From: Terriglobia bacterium
GTDB taxonomy: Bacteria > Acidobacteriota > Terriglobia > UBA7540
Direction: 5' to 3'
Length of the DNA: 64,000 nucleotides
Assembly (NCBI GenBank): GCA_035652895.1
Contig: DASRCX010000056.1
Coordinates: forward strand, 21,267 to 85,266
Shown piece after piece: positions 48,580-58,869 of the stretch. The notes under the pieces were generated by a model. That model made no database searches. It saw only the letters and a list, made by a program, of their open reading frames with translations, and was not told the origin of the DNA. Position numbers and translations under genes: made by a program. Within the stretch, counting starts at the first letter, position 1, and every line of letters begins with the position of its first letter.

Positions 48580-49245
48580 TTATTTTTGCATTTCCGATCT
48601 TGCAGTCCGCACGGCCTCGAGGAAGTTGCGGGCGTTGGCTGTAATCACTTCCGTCTTCCCTTCCCGCAGCGCCCTGTTGGAAACGAGTTCTCCGCCCACT
48701 GCCACCGCTGCCGCTCCCGCGCGGATATACTCCGGCGTCGTTTCAAGATCAACCCCGCCGGTTGGAACATAATCGATCTGCGGAAGCGGGCCGCGGAGCG
48801 AACGGATATAATTCGGACCTCCGACCGGCGCACACGGGAATACTTTCACCATGTCGGCGCCCGCCTGCCACGCCGTAACAATTTCAGTGGGTGTCAGAGC
48901 GCCGGGAATGCAGGCCTTGCTGTACCGCCGCGCCGTCTCGATCACTTTAACGTCCAGCGAAGGCGTAACAATAAATTCCGCCCCCGCCAGCAACGCGGCG
49001 CGGCAGGTTTCACTGTCAAGGACCGTACCGGCCCCGAGCAGAACGCTGTCCCCATAACGGTCCGCCACCTGCTCCATCACGTGAAGTGCGTTTGGGACTC
49101 CCATAGTAATTTCGACGGCCGCAATACCGCCGGCAACCACGGCCTCCACGGCGCGCGAAGCATGCTCCGCCGTCGAGACGCGAATGATGGGAACAACTCC
49201 CAACTCTCGCAGCCGGGCGAGCACTTTTTCTCTGCTCCATGACAT
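48580..49245 (-). CDS. eda: 2-dehydro-3-deoxyphosphogluconate (KDPG) / 4-hydroxy-2-oxoglutarate aldolase
   Basis: 221 aa. VPIIRV, AVEITM, GAEFIVTP and the Schiff-base lysine context MVKVFPC. Confidence 0.9.
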   Translation of the reverse strand: MSWSREKVLARLRELGVVPIIRVSTAEHASRAVEAVVAGGIAAVEITMGVPNALHVMEQVADRYGDSVLLGAGTVLDSETCRAALLAGAEFIVTPSLDVKVIETARRYSKACIPGALTPTEIVTAWQAGADMVKVFPCAPVGGPNYIRSLRGPLPQIDYVPTGGVDLETTPEYIRAGAAAVAVGGELVSNRALREGKTEVITANARNFLEAVRTARSEMQK

Positions 49246-49355
49246 AACAAGTTCCTCTCATCGGGAATTTCGACACGCTTCTTCATCATTCCTGCGTGCC
49301 GTGCGAGAAAATTCAGGTTGGCAGGCCCGCAATGTCCGTTCGGAATGAGTTGCGT

Positions 49356-50384
49356 TTACCGGGCAACACGCAGGCTTGCGCCTTTGAGCAGGTTCTCAAC
49401 TTCCGCCAGGGTCGCCCAGTTGAAGTCACCGGGAATAGTGTGCTTGAGCGCGCTGAAGGCGTTCCCGTAGCGGACGGCGGCTTCGTACGAGTTCTTCGCG
49501 AGATAGCCGAATATGAATCCGGCGCTGAAAGAATCGCCTCCACCGACGCGGTCCACGATTTCCAACTCATATTTGACGTCCTCGTAAAACTTCCCTTCAG
49601 CATATGCAATCGCCGACCACGTGTTCCTCCACACGAGTGGATTTTCCCGCAAAGTGATCGCTACGGCTTTGAACTTGAACTTTTCCTGAAGGCGCTGCGC
49701 AACCTCTTTGTAACTTTCTACGGAAATCTCCGTGAACCCCTTTTCGTCCGCGGCTCCCCTGGTTTTGATCTTGAAGACTACGCCGGTATCTTCTTCCGTC
49801 GTAATCAGAACATCGACAAATTCCATCAGGGGTTCCTGCACAGCCTGCGCCTTGTCCGGAGACCAGAGCTTCGCGCGGTAGTTCAGGTCATAGCTGACGG
49901 TCACGCCGGCGCGCTTTGCAGCTTCGAGCGCTTCGAGCGTGACGGCGGCCGCAGAATCGCTTAATGCCGGAGTGATGCCGCTCGTGTGGAACCATCGCGC
50001 GCCCGTAAACACTTTTTTCCAATCCACATCACCGGGCTTGATGGTGGTTATGGCCGAATAGGCTCGATCATAAAGGACCGAACTTGGCCGCGGCGCGGCG
50101 CCGAATTCCACAAAATAAAGGCCCACCCGGCTGCCTTCCGTCCAGACGATCTGCGAAGTGTCAACTCCCGCCTGGCGCACGCGGTTTTCGAGCAGTCGCC
50201 CCAGAGGGTTCCTGGGAAGGCGCGATATCCAGCTACTGGTCAGCCCCAGCCGGCTGACCCCGACGGCCACGTTTAATTCACCGCCGCCCACCTGCACGTC
50301 AAGCGAGTTGGTCTGTTCCAACCGCTGAAAGTGTGGCGGCGCAAGCCGGATCATCGCCTCGCCAAATGTCACAACATCCGCCAT
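49356..50384 (-). CDS. kdgK: PfkB-family sugar kinase, probable 2-dehydro-3-deoxygluconokinase
   Basis: 342 aa. Ribokinase-family C-terminal motif VDRVGGGDSFSAGFIFG. It lies upstream of, and is co-directional with, eda. Confidence 0.8.
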   Translation of the reverse strand: MADVVTFGEAMIRLAPPHFQRLEQTNSLDVQVGGGELNVAVGVSRLGLTSSWISRLPRNPLGRLLENRVRQAGVDTSQIVWTEGSRVGLYFVEFGAAPRPSSVLYDRAYSAITTIKPGDVDWKKVFTGARWFHTSGITPALSDSAAAVTLEALEAAKRAGVTVSYDLNYRAKLWSPDKAQAVQEPLMEFVDVLITTEEDTGVVFKIKTRGAADEKGFTEISVESYKEVAQRLQEKFKFKAVAITLRENPLVWRNTWSAIAYAEGKFYEDVKYELEIVDRVGGGDSFSAGFIFGYLAKNSYEAAVRYGNAFSALKHTIPGDFNWATLAEVENLLKGASLRVAR

Positions 50385-50650
50385 CGATAAAACCTCCGCG
50401 TAAAGTTCAAGCCAAATTGCTAAATATAAGTCTTTCCGCAGAAAAATTCAGCCACTTTCGCCGTGCGATGGGTTCGCGAGGTCGGGCGGCGATCGCAGAT
50501 CGCTGACACAGCCGTCGCGTGGCGACGGCTTCAGGCCGCCACACGCTTTGGTCTCCCTATTGGTCGGGGGAAATTCGCCGGTACAGTAAGCTTCAGCAAC
50601 TTCTGATTTTGCCGGGATGAATTCCGATCTCCGTTACCGAGCTTCAAACG

Positions 50651-50680
50651 TTGACTTCGCCTCTGGCGCGAGGTTAGAGT
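50651..50680 (+). promoter_or_regulatory. Candidate promoter of the aromatic amino-acid operon
   Basis: TTGACT (50651-50656), an 18-nt spacer, then TAGAGT (50675-50680). It lies about 35 nt upstream of the trpC ATG. Confidence 0.4.
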
Positions 50681-50712
50681 AAACTGTTGTTCCTGTCGCT
50701 TTTATCCGCTTC

Positions 50713-51555
50713 ATGCTGAACAGCTTGCATCAGGGGAACAAGGTGAAGCAAAGCCAGGTCCTTAGCACAATTCTCGCCGCCTGCCGGCGCCGCATCGAAG
50801 AAGCGCGCGCCGCCGTCCCTTTGGAAAAACTCGCACCGGAGGCCGAGGAGTGCACGGACCACCGCGATTTCGCATCTGCAATTTCAGGCGAGAACCTCTG
50901 TGTGATTGCGGAACTCAAAAAGGCCTCCCCCTCTCGAGGCGTGATGCGCCCGGATTTTCAGCCCGTCGAGATCGCGAAATCATACCAGCAGGCCGGAGCT
51001 GCAGCCCTCTCCGTCCTGACGGAGGAGCAGTTTTTCCAGGGCTCGCTGGAGGACCTTAAAATGGCGCGCGAAGCCGTCCGGCTGCCCGTGCTGCGCAAGG
51101 ACTTCATCATTGATGATTACCAGGTTTATGAATCCGCGGCCGCAGGCGCTGACGCCATCCTGTTGATCGTTGCCGCGCTTGATGACAGTGGTCTGAGGCG
51201 CTTCCTCGCGCTTGCAGAGCAGTTGCGCGTCGCGGCGCTCGTCGAGGTCCATACGGAAGAAGAGCTGGACCGCGCAATTGCCGCTGGAGCGCGAATCATC
51301 GGCGTCAACAACCGCGACCTCGACACGCTTGAAGTGGACATGGAGACTTCAATCCGGCTGCGCGGGAAAATTCCTCCGTCATGCATTGCAGTGAGCGAGA
51401 GCGGAATCAAGAGCGGCGGAGACCTGGAAAGGCTGGCCAGGGCAGGTTTCAACGCCGTCCTGATCGGCGAGCACTTCATGCTGGCTGAAGACCCGGGCAA
51501 AGAGCTTGCGCGGCTTCTCAAAAGCGCGCCCGCGCTGAAGCCGGCGAGGGTTTGA
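50713..51555 (+). CDS. trpC: Indole-3-glycerol phosphate synthase
   Basis: 280 aa. VIAELKKASPSRGV and LRKDFIIDDYQVYES. An alternative GTG start at 50743 follows GGGGAAC. Confidence 0.93.
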   Translation: MLNSLHQGNKVKQSQVLSTILAACRRRIEEARAAVPLEKLAPEAEECTDHRDFASAISGENLCVIAELKKASPSRGVMRPDFQPVEIAKSYQQAGAAALSVLTEEQFFQGSLEDLKMAREAVRLPVLRKDFIIDDYQVYESAAAGADAILLIVAALDDSGLRRFLALAEQLRVAALVEVHTEEELDRAIAAGARIIGVNNRDLDTLEVDMETSIRLRGKIPPSCIAVSESGIKSGGDLERLARAGFNAVLIGEHFMLAEDPGKELARLLKSAPALKPARV

Positions 51556-51559
51556 ACGT

Positions 51560-52192
51560 ATGCCTACCAGGGTCAAAGTCTGTGGGATCACGCGGCCGGA
51601 AGACGCGCTGCTCGCCATCCGGCTGGGAGCTTCCGCATTGGGCTTCAACTTTTACAGTGCTTCGCCGCGCTATATTGCTCCTTCTGCAGCCCGGGTAATC
51701 ATCAGGCAGTTGCCGCCCTTCGTCATGGCCGTGGGCGTTTTTGCCAATGAATCGGAAATGCCGCGCATCGTCGAAACCGCGCGTGATGCCGGCGTCAGCG
51801 CAATTCAGCTCCACGGCCCGCGTTTCCCTGGTTCCATAGGGCAGGCCGACGGCCTTCCTGTGATTCGCGCCGTGGCCGTCGCCGACAGCTTCAAGGCGGA
51901 GATGCTTGCGGGCCTGGAAGCGCGCGCTTTTCTCCTGGATGCTTACCATCCAAACCTGAGCGGTGGAACGGGAACGTCTTTCAACTGGGACCTGGCGCGC
52001 GACGCCGGCAGGTACGGCACGATCATTCTGGCTGGGGGGTTGAATCCCGAAAACGTCGGGGATGCCATTCGGCAGGTGCGTCCTTTCGCTGTCGATGTGG
52101 CCAGCGGCGTGGAATCCGCTCCGGGGCGGAAAGATCCTGAACTGCTTCGCGCGTTTTTTGCGGCGGTCGAGGAAGCGGACAGGAACCTGTAA
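51560..52192 (+). CDS. trpF: Phosphoribosylanthranilate isomerase
   Basis: 210 aa. VKVCGIT and AFLLDAY...GGTG, the typical TrpF pattern. Confidence 0.92.
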   Translation: MPTRVKVCGITRPEDALLAIRLGASALGFNFYSASPRYIAPSAARVIIRQLPPFVMAVGVFANESEMPRIVETARDAGVSAIQLHGPRFPGSIGQADGLPVIRAVAVADSFKAEMLAGLEARAFLLDAYHPNLSGGTGTSFNWDLARDAGRYGTIILAGGLNPENVGDAIRQVRPFAVDVASGVESAPGRKDPELLRAFFAAVEEADRNL

Positions 52193-52222
52193 TCCATTTT
52201 GCTTTGAATCGAAACGATTAAG

Positions 52223-53428
52223 ATGCAGCAGAGCCAACAGATCATGACCGGGCCGGATGCGCGCGGGCGCTTCGGGGAATTCGGCGGGCGCTACGTTCCG
52301 GAAACCCTGATGCATCCCATTGAAGAACTCGAACGTGCCTACGAGGATGCCAGGAAAGATCCCGCATTCCAGGCGGAACTGAAACGACTGCTGCATGACT
52401 ACGCGGGCCGCCCAACGCCGCTCTATCATGCCGAGCGGCTTTCTGAGCATCTCGGCGGCGCACAGATATTTCTGAAGCGCGAGGACCTGCTGCACACCGG
52501 CGCGCACAAGATCAACAACTGCATCGGGCAGGGACTGCTCGCGGTGCGCATGGGAAAGACGCGATTGATCGCCGAAACCGGCGCAGGCCAGCACGGCGTG
52601 GCGACTGCGACTGTCGCCGCGCTCCTGGGGCTTGAATGCTGTGTTTACATGGGCGAAGAGGACATGGCGCGCCAGTCTCCAAACGTCTTCCGCATGCGGC
52701 TGCTGGGGACAAAAGTGGTGGGCGTGTCGTCCGGCTCGAAGACGCTGAAGGACGCCATCAATGAAGCCATGCGCGACTGGGTCACGAACGTCGCCAGCAC
52801 GCACTACCTGCTGGGCTCAGTGCTCGGTCCGCATCCTTATCCCATGATGGTGCGCGACTTCCATCGCGTCATCGGGCAGGAATCGCGGCGGCAAATCCTT
52901 GAGCAGACCGGGCGGCTGCCGGATTATCTTTTCGCCTGCGTAGGCGGCGGCAGCAATTCCATCGGACTTTTCTACGATTTTATTCCCGACCGCGAAGTCA
53001 AAATGGTTGGAGTGGAGGCCGGAGGCCGCTCGCTTGACCCCGGCGAACACGCTGCGCGCTTTTCCGGCGGAAGGCCCGGCGTGCTGCACGGCTCGTACAC
53101 CTACGTGCTTCAGAACGCGGACGGCATGATATCGGAAACGCACTCGGTCTCGGCCGGGCTTGATTATCCGGCCGTCGGCCCGGAACATTCAGCCCTCTAC
53201 CGCCTGGGGCGCGTGGAATATACTTATGCGCGGGATGAAGAGGCTCTCGATGCCGCCCGCGTTCTGGCACGCACGGAGGGGATTATTCCGGCGCTCGAAT
53301 CGGCGCACGCGCTGGCGGAAGTGATTAAGCGAGCGCCCGCCGCGCCGCGGGATGCCATCTTCATCGTCAACCTTTCCGGCAGGGGCGATAAGGACCTGGG
53401 GATTTTTCAGTCCTCAGGAATTTTGTAA
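52223..53428 (+). CDS. trpB: Tryptophan synthase beta chain
   Basis: 401 aa. [13 protein letters not shown], the PLP lysine context HTGAHKINN, and GGGSNSIG. Confidence 0.96.
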   Translation: MQQSQQIMTGPDARGRFGEFGGRYVPETLMHPIEELERAYEDARKDPAFQAELKRLLHDYAGRPTPLYHAERLSEHLGGAQIFLKREDLLHTGAHKINNCIGQGLLAVRMGKTRLIAETGAGQHGVATATVAALLGLECCVYMGEEDMARQSPNVFRMRLLGTKVVGVSSGSKTLKDAINEAMRDWVTNVASTHYLLGSVLGPHPYPMMVRDFHRVIGQESRRQILEQTGRLPDYLFACVGGGSNSIGLFYDFIPDREVKMVGVEAGGRSLDPGEHAARFSGGRPGVLHGSYTYVLQNADGMISETHSVSAGLDYPAVGPEHSALYRLGRVEYTYARDEEALDAARVLARTEGIIPALESAHALAEVIKRAPAAPRDAIFIVNLSGRGDKDLGIFQSSGIL

Positions 53429-53453
53429 AGAAACGGATGCCGGTTCGTTCCCT

Positions 53454-54272
53454 ATGCCTGCACTGTCAACTTCGCAGATTCAGGAGAAGTTCCGAAGTCT
53501 CCGCGAGGCGAACGCCAGGGGTCTGGTAATTTATCTGACTGCCGGCGACCCTTCGCTCGACGCCACGGGCGACCTGCTGGCCGCGGTCGAGGCGGGCGGC
53601 TCGGACATCATCGAACTGGGCATCCCTTTCTCCGACCCACTGGCGGACGGCCCGGTGATTCAGCGGGCGTCCGAACGCGCACTTCGCAGCGGAACAACGC
53701 TCCGCAAAGTGCTGCGCAAACTCCCGGAATGGCGGAAGCGCGTCCAGGCCCCGATTGTCCTCTTCAGCTACTACAATCCGATTCTCCAATACGGGCTGGA
53801 TGATCTCGCCCGCGACGCCAGCGAAGCAGGCGCGGACGGTCTGCTCGCAGTTGATCTCACGCCGGAAGAGTCCGCAGCCTGCGTTGAGGCGATGCGCAAG
53901 CGGAACCTCGATACCGTCTTTCTCGCCGCACCGACTTCGACCGATGAGCGAATCGAGCGCGTCGCACAGGTTTCCACGGGCTTTCTTTATCTGATTGCCC
54001 GCGCCGGAGTCACAGGCGAGCGAAGAGATATTTCTGACAGCACGCGCCCGCTGATTGAGCGCGTTCGGAAATTCACGCGTCTGCCGCTCGCCGTGGGTTT
54101 CGGGCTCTCGAACCCCGAACAGGTCCGCGCTGTGCAGGAAATTGCGGACGCGGCGGTTGTAGGAAGCGCGGTCGTGCGGGCCATTGAAGAACACTTTTCC
54201 ACGGGAGGCGCAGCAGCTATCGAACGCTATGTTCGCTGGCTCAAGGAAGGGACAGGGAGTTCACCGGCATGA
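53454..54272 (+). CDS. trpA: Tryptophan synthase alpha chain
   Basis: The ATG at 53454 is the internal start of ORF 53352..54272. YLTAGDPS and ELGIPFSDPLADGPVIQ form the TrpA signature. Confidence 0.93.
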   Translation: MPALSTSQIQEKFRSLREANARGLVIYLTAGDPSLDATGDLLAAVEAGGSDIIELGIPFSDPLADGPVIQRASERALRSGTTLRKVLRKLPEWRKRVQAPIVLFSYYNPILQYGLDDLARDASEAGADGLLAVDLTPEESAACVEAMRKRNLDTVFLAAPTSTDERIERVAQVSTGFLYLIARAGVTGERRDISDSTRPLIERVRKFTRLPLAVGFGLSNPEQVRAVQEIADAAVVGSAVVRAIEEHFSTGGAAAIERYVRWLKEGTGSSPA

Positions 54273-54568
54273 GCGAACTGGACGACTGGCGCAGAAAAAT
54301 CGATGAAATCGACCAGCAACTGGTGAAACTGCTGAACGAGCGATCGCGGTGTGCCATCGAGATCGGTCATCTGAAGAGAAAACTGAACATGGGTGCCTGG
54401 CAACCCGATCGCGAGGCTGAAATCCTTCGCAACGTCGTGAAGTCAAACCCGGGCCCGCTCGACGACGCCGCTATCCGCCGCCTCTTCGAACGCATCATCG
54501 ACGAAGCGAGGTCGCTCGAGCGCCATTCGATGGAATCTTCTGCCGCATCGGGGGATGGCAAGGAGTAA
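54269..54568 (+). CDS. Chorismate mutase (AroQ class)
   Basis: 99 aa. WRRKIDEIDQQLVKLLNERSRCAIEIGHLK is typical of AroQ helix 1. The ATG overlaps the trpA stop (ATGA). Confidence 0.88.
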   Translation: MSELDDWRRKIDEIDQQLVKLLNERSRCAIEIGHLKRKLNMGAWQPDREAEILRNVVKSNPGPLDDAAIRRLFERIIDEARSLERHSMESSAASGDGKE

Positions 54569-54574
54569 CCCGAC

Positions 54575-55591
54575 ATGGTTATCGTAATGGAAGAGGGCGC
54601 AACGGAGGAACAGATCCTCCACGTCATCGACAGGCTGATGAAGATGGGCTTTGACGCCCATCGTTCGACCGGCGTCCGCCAGACAGTGATCGGAGCGGTG
54701 GGAGCCAAGATCGACTTTGACACGCGCGACCTCGAGTTGATCGACGGCGTTGAAGAAGTCGTCAGGATTTCAGCGCCTTACAAGCTGGCCAGCCGCCATT
54801 TCCGCCCGGAGGGTTCCGTCATCGAGCTTGGCAAGGGTGTCGCGGTCGGCGGCAATCAGGTGATCATCATGGCCGGCCCTTGCAGTATTGAAAGCGAGTC
54901 GCAAATCGATACCATCGCGGCGCGCGTCAAGGAATTGGGCGCGCTGGTTCTGCGCGGCGGAGCGTTCAAGCCGAGGACATCGCCGTACAGCTTTCAGGGG
55001 CTGGGTCTGCCCGGCCTCAAAATGATGCGCAACGCGGCGGACAAATACGGCCTGCTGGTGATCTCGGAAGTCATGGATCAGACGCAGATTCCAGCGATGT
55101 TCGATTACGTTGATGTCTTCCAGGTGGGCGCGCGCAACATGCAGAACTACAATCTGCTGAAAGAATTGGGAAAGGTCTCCAAGCCGGTGCTGCTGAAGCG
55201 CGGGATTTCCGCCACTATCGAGGAACTGCTGCTTTCGGCGGAATACATCATGTCCGGGGGCAACTACAACGTTGTCCTCTGCGAGCGCGGCATTCGGACA
55301 TTTGAGAACGCCACGCGCAACACGCTTGACATCTCCGCCATCCCCGTCATCCAGAAGCTTTCGCACCTGCCGATTGTGGTTGATCCTTCACACGGCACCG
55401 GCAGACGGGACAAAGTGCCGCCCATGGCGCGCGCCGCCGTGGCCGCGGGCGCTGACGGATTGCTGATCGAAGTCCATCACGATCCGGAAAAGGCCCTGAG
55501 CGACGGTGCACAGTCGCTCTATATCAAACAGTTTGAGCAGCTCATGAGAGAGTTGCGGATGATCGCATCCGCGGTGGGACGCACGGTCTGA
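54575..55591 (+). CDS. aroF: 3-deoxy-7-phosphoheptulonate (DAHP) synthase, type I-beta with an N-terminal ferredoxin-like regulatory domain
   Basis: 338 aa. [22 protein letters not shown] and [10 protein letters not shown]. Confidence 0.92.
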   Translation: MVIVMEEGATEEQILHVIDRLMKMGFDAHRSTGVRQTVIGAVGAKIDFDTRDLELIDGVEEVVRISAPYKLASRHFRPEGSVIELGKGVAVGGNQVIIMAGPCSIESESQIDTIAARVKELGALVLRGGAFKPRTSPYSFQGLGLPGLKMMRNAADKYGLLVISEVMDQTQIPAMFDYVDVFQVGARNMQNYNLLKELGKVSKPVLLKRGISATIEELLLSAEYIMSGGNYNVVLCERGIRTFENATRNTLDISAIPVIQKLSHLPIVVDPSHGTGRRDKVPPMARAAVAAGADGLLIEVHHDPEKALSDGAQSLYIKQFEQLMRELRMIASAVGRTV

Positions 55592-55621
55592 CGCTTCCGC
55601 CGTTCAGAGGAACAATTCCGC

Positions 55622-56497
55622 ATGAAACCTGCCGGACCCTTCTTCAAGCGAATTTCGATTATCGGTCTGGGCCTTCTTGGGGGCTCCTGGGCGCTGGCGC
55701 TTGAACGCATCGGCTTCGATGCTCGCCGGGCAGGATGCGATCGGGCTGAAGTCCTCGACCGCGCGCTGAAATCCGGCGCAATCCACGAAGCCTTTGAAAA
55801 TGCAAATGAGGCCGTGCAGACTGCCGACCTCGTGGTCCTGGCCACGCCCGTTGGGAAAATCCTCGACCTGCTGGAAATATTGAAGGAGTCATTCCCGCCA
55901 CGAGCCCTCGTGACGGATGTCGGCAGCACGAAGCAGCAAATCATCCAGCGCGCAAAGGATTGGCCTCTTGACGGCCCGCTGTTCCTGGGAGGGCATCCGC
56001 TCGCAGGAAAGGAACTATCCGGCTTCGAGCACGCCGATGCGGCGCTGTTTCAGAACGCCTGCTACGCGCTTGTTCCGCCGGCGCCGGAAGCCCTGGATGA
56101 CCAGCGCGTGAAAGCCTTTGTCGAACTGGTCCGGTCGTTCGGCGCGCGGCCTTACATCACGGACGCCGCCAGTCACGATCGCGCGGTGGCATACCTTTCT
56201 CACATGCCGCAGCTTCTTTCGACGGGTCTGGCCGGCCTCGCGGCGGAAAAGTCCGCGCACGACGGCTTGCCGCTCGAGCTTGCCGGCCCCGGCTTCCGCG
56301 ACCTGACGCGCCTCGCCGAGAGCCCCTACGAAGTGTGGCGCGATATCTGCCGGACCAATGGCGAAAATATCCGCTCCGCAATCGATGCCATGATTCAAAA
56401 ACTTGATACGATAAAATTACATCTAAGCACACAAGAGCTTGAAAGCGAATTTGACGAGGCGCGCGAACTGCGCCGGAAGTTGCGCGAACAGGATTGA
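55622..56497 (+). CDS. Prephenate dehydrogenase
   Basis: 291 aa. ISIIGLGLLGGSWALAL (GxGxxG), DVGSTK and GGHPLAG. Confidence 0.9.
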   Translation: MKPAGPFFKRISIIGLGLLGGSWALALERIGFDARRAGCDRAEVLDRALKSGAIHEAFENANEAVQTADLVVLATPVGKILDLLEILKESFPPRALVTDVGSTKQQIIQRAKDWPLDGPLFLGGHPLAGKELSGFEHADAALFQNACYALVPPAPEALDDQRVKAFVELVRSFGARPYITDAASHDRAVAYLSHMPQLLSTGLAGLAAEKSAHDGLPLELAGPGFRDLTRLAESPYEVWRDICRTNGENIRSAIDAMIQKLDTIKLHLSTQELESEFDEARELRRKLREQD

Positions 56498-56676
56498 ATG
56501 ACGGGCGCTGAAAATCTCTCAGTGATCGTTCCGTTCCGAGCATTGAGCAAACTGCGAAGGGACTTCGCTGCGCACAAGATGACAAGCGCAGAGCGGACCA
56601 AAAGGATTTTCGGCAACCCGCCCGCACTGATTAAACCCGGCCAGCGCGCTTCGCTGAGGGTCCAGGCGAGGATGGC

Positions 56677-57375
56677 ATGAACAAGATTTACGCCGACGCC
56701 GACGCCGCCGTTGCAGACATCCCGGACGGTGCTACCATCATGGCGGGCGGCTTTGGTCTGTGCGGGATCCCGGAAAACCTGATCAGGGCCCTCGAGCGCA
56801 AAGGCGCGAAGGACCTGACCGTTATCAGCAATAACGCAGGCGTCAGCGACTTCGGCCTGGGCCGGCTGCTCCGCACGCGGCAAATCAGGAAACTCATTGG
56901 CAGCTATGTGGGCGAAAACAAAGTCCTTGAAGAGCAGGCGCTGAAAGGGGAAATTGAACTCGAATTGAACCCGCAGGGCACGCTGGCGGAACGCATTCGC
57001 GCGGGCGGGGCGGGCATCCCGGCTTTTTATACGCCCGCTGGCGTCGGCACAGTGGTCGCTGAAGGAAAGGAAGTCCGGGAGTTCGGCGGCCGCAAATATC
57101 TGCTTGAGACCGCGCTGACTGCGGACTTTGCCCTGATCAAGGCCTGGAAAGGCGACCGCTGGGGCAACCTGATCTACAGGAAAACGGCGCGAAATTTTAA
57201 TCCCATGATGGCCACTGCGGCCCGAGTGACGATCGCCGAGGTCGAAGAACTGGTCGAACTCGGAGAGTTGGACCCGGACTGCATCGTGACACCGGCGATC
57301 TTCGTCCACCGGATAATTCAGGGCGTGAATTACGAGAAGCGGATCGAACGGCGCACGGTAAGAGGACAGGCCTGA
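56677..57375 (+). CDS. 3-oxoacid CoA-transferase subunit A
   Basis: 232 aa. [16 protein letters not shown] and YTPAGVGT. Confidence 0.92.
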   Translation: MNKIYADADAAVADIPDGATIMAGGFGLCGIPENLIRALERKGAKDLTVISNNAGVSDFGLGRLLRTRQIRKLIGSYVGENKVLEEQALKGEIELELNPQGTLAERIRAGGAGIPAFYTPAGVGTVVAEGKEVREFGGRKYLLETALTADFALIKAWKGDRWGNLIYRKTARNFNPMMATAARVTIAEVEELVELGELDPDCIVTPAIFVHRIIQGVNYEKRIERRTVRGQA

Positions 57376-58028
57376 TGGACAAGCGCGAATTAATTGCGCG
57401 TCGTGTTGCGCAGGAATTGCGCGACGGCTACTGCGTGAATCTCGGCATCGGCATCCCCACGCTCGTCTCAAATTACATTCCGCCGGGCATCGAGGTCATT
57501 CTGCAATCCGAAAACGGCATGCTCGGCGTCGGGCCTTATCCGCTGGAAGACGAAGTTGATCCTGACTTGATCAATGCTGGCAAGGAGACGGTTTCGGAGC
57601 TTCCCGGCACGTCGTATTTCTCAAGCGCCGATTCATTCGCTATGATTCGCGGCGGCCACATCGACCTGACCGTGCTGGGCGCCATGGAAGTTGACGAACA
57701 GGGCGACCTGGCAAGCTGGACAATCCCCGGAAAGATGGTCAAAGGCATGGGCGGCAGCATGGACCTCGTGTCGGGCGCGAAACGCGTGATCGTGGCGATG
57801 GAACACATAACAAAAGATGGGCGCCCGAAAATCCTGAAGAGGTGTTCCCTGCCCCTGACGGGCACGCGGGTTGTTCATTCGATTGTGACCGACATGGCCA
57901 TGATCGACGTAACTTCCGAGGGGCTTGTGGTCAAGGAGCTTGCCCCAGGAGTTTCATTCGAAGACGTCCAGAAACACACTGAACCGGAACTCAGAATCGT
58001 TCGGGACCCCGGTGTGTACCGCATTTGA
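57375..58028 (+). CDS. 3-oxoacid CoA-transferase subunit B
   Basis: 217 aa. LQSENGMLG carries the catalytic Glu of the SENG motif. The start overlaps the subunit A stop (TGATG). Confidence 0.92.
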   Translation: MDKRELIARRVAQELRDGYCVNLGIGIPTLVSNYIPPGIEVILQSENGMLGVGPYPLEDEVDPDLINAGKETVSELPGTSYFSSADSFAMIRGGHIDLTVLGAMEVDEQGDLASWTIPGKMVKGMGGSMDLVSGAKRVIVAMEHITKDGRPKILKRCSLPLTGTRVVHSIVTDMAMIDVTSEGLVVKELAPGVSFEDVQKHTEPELRIVRDPGVYRI

Positions 58029-58063
58029 TGAGGCCTTTGAAAATCCCTTGAGTGGGCTAAGCG

Positions 58064-58630
58064 ATGTCCTCGCGCGTGCTGACAACGGCTAACCAGATCA
58101 CCATCCTCCGGCTGGTGTTTGTTCCGATCTTCGCCATCCTCGTAGTGGGAGAACACGACAAGGGCGCGCTCGCCGTAATGGCCGCCGCTGCACTTTCCGA
58201 CATCCTGGACGGAACGATTGCCCGAGCGTTCCGGCAGGTCTCCCCGCTTGGAGTCGCGCTCGATCCCATCGCCGATAAGGTCCTGATGAGTACGGCGTTC
58301 ATCACGCTGTCATTCCGCGGCGCTCTGCCCTGGTGGCTGACGATTATGGTGCTCAGCCGTGATGCCGTCATCCTGATTACAGCACTGCTGATCATCCTCG
58401 TGGCTGGCTACCGCCCCTTTTACCCGACCATCCTGGGAAAATCTTCCACCGTCATCCAGTCGATCACCATCTTCGCGGCGCTTTGCCTTCTGGCGAGAAT
58501 CCCTGGCGTGACCGAAAGCGTGCTCAGGCTTTGCGTGTATCTCGCCGCCGGCATTACCGTGGCCTCAGGTCTCCATTACCTGGTCGTTGTCCGGAACCGT
58601 TACTCGCACCACGCCTCCGAACAGGTTTGA
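58064..58630 (+). CDS. pgsA: CDP-alcohol phosphatidyltransferase (PgsA-like)
   Basis: 188 aa with multiple TM segments. DILDGTIARAFRQVSPLGVALDPIADK matches D(x)2DG(x)2AR(x)8G(x)3D(x)3D. Confidence 0.88.
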   Translation: MSSRVLTTANQITILRLVFVPIFAILVVGEHDKGALAVMAAAALSDILDGTIARAFRQVSPLGVALDPIADKVLMSTAFITLSFRGALPWWLTIMVLSRDAVILITALLIILVAGYRPFYPTILGKSSTVIQSITIFAALCLLARIPGVTESVLRLCVYLAAGITVASGLHYLVVVRNRYSHHASEQV

Positions 58631-58672
58631 CAGGACCGGTTGAACAGCCCCCCGGCGCAATGCGGAAAAGAC

Positions 58673-58701
58673 TTGACTTTTGCGGCGAAATCGTATAGGA
58701 T
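58673..58701 (+). promoter_or_regulatory. Candidate sigma-70 promoter at the head of a gene-less island
   Basis: TTGACT (58673-58678), a 17-nt spacer, then TAGGAT (58696-58701). No annotated gene begins within 590 nt downstream. Confidence 0.4.
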
Positions 58702-58869
58702 TGTAGCGTATGCATGGCCATGCCGTAGACAAGCTGCATGGCCTACTGAGAGGCACGCCACGACCATAAGGAGGGCTAGTCGGTTTCGAACCGACAGGAA
58801 GGCGCTGCACAATCTAATGCATTGAAATTACATTGGATATCGATATTTCAGCCTCACAAGAGCTGAAAA

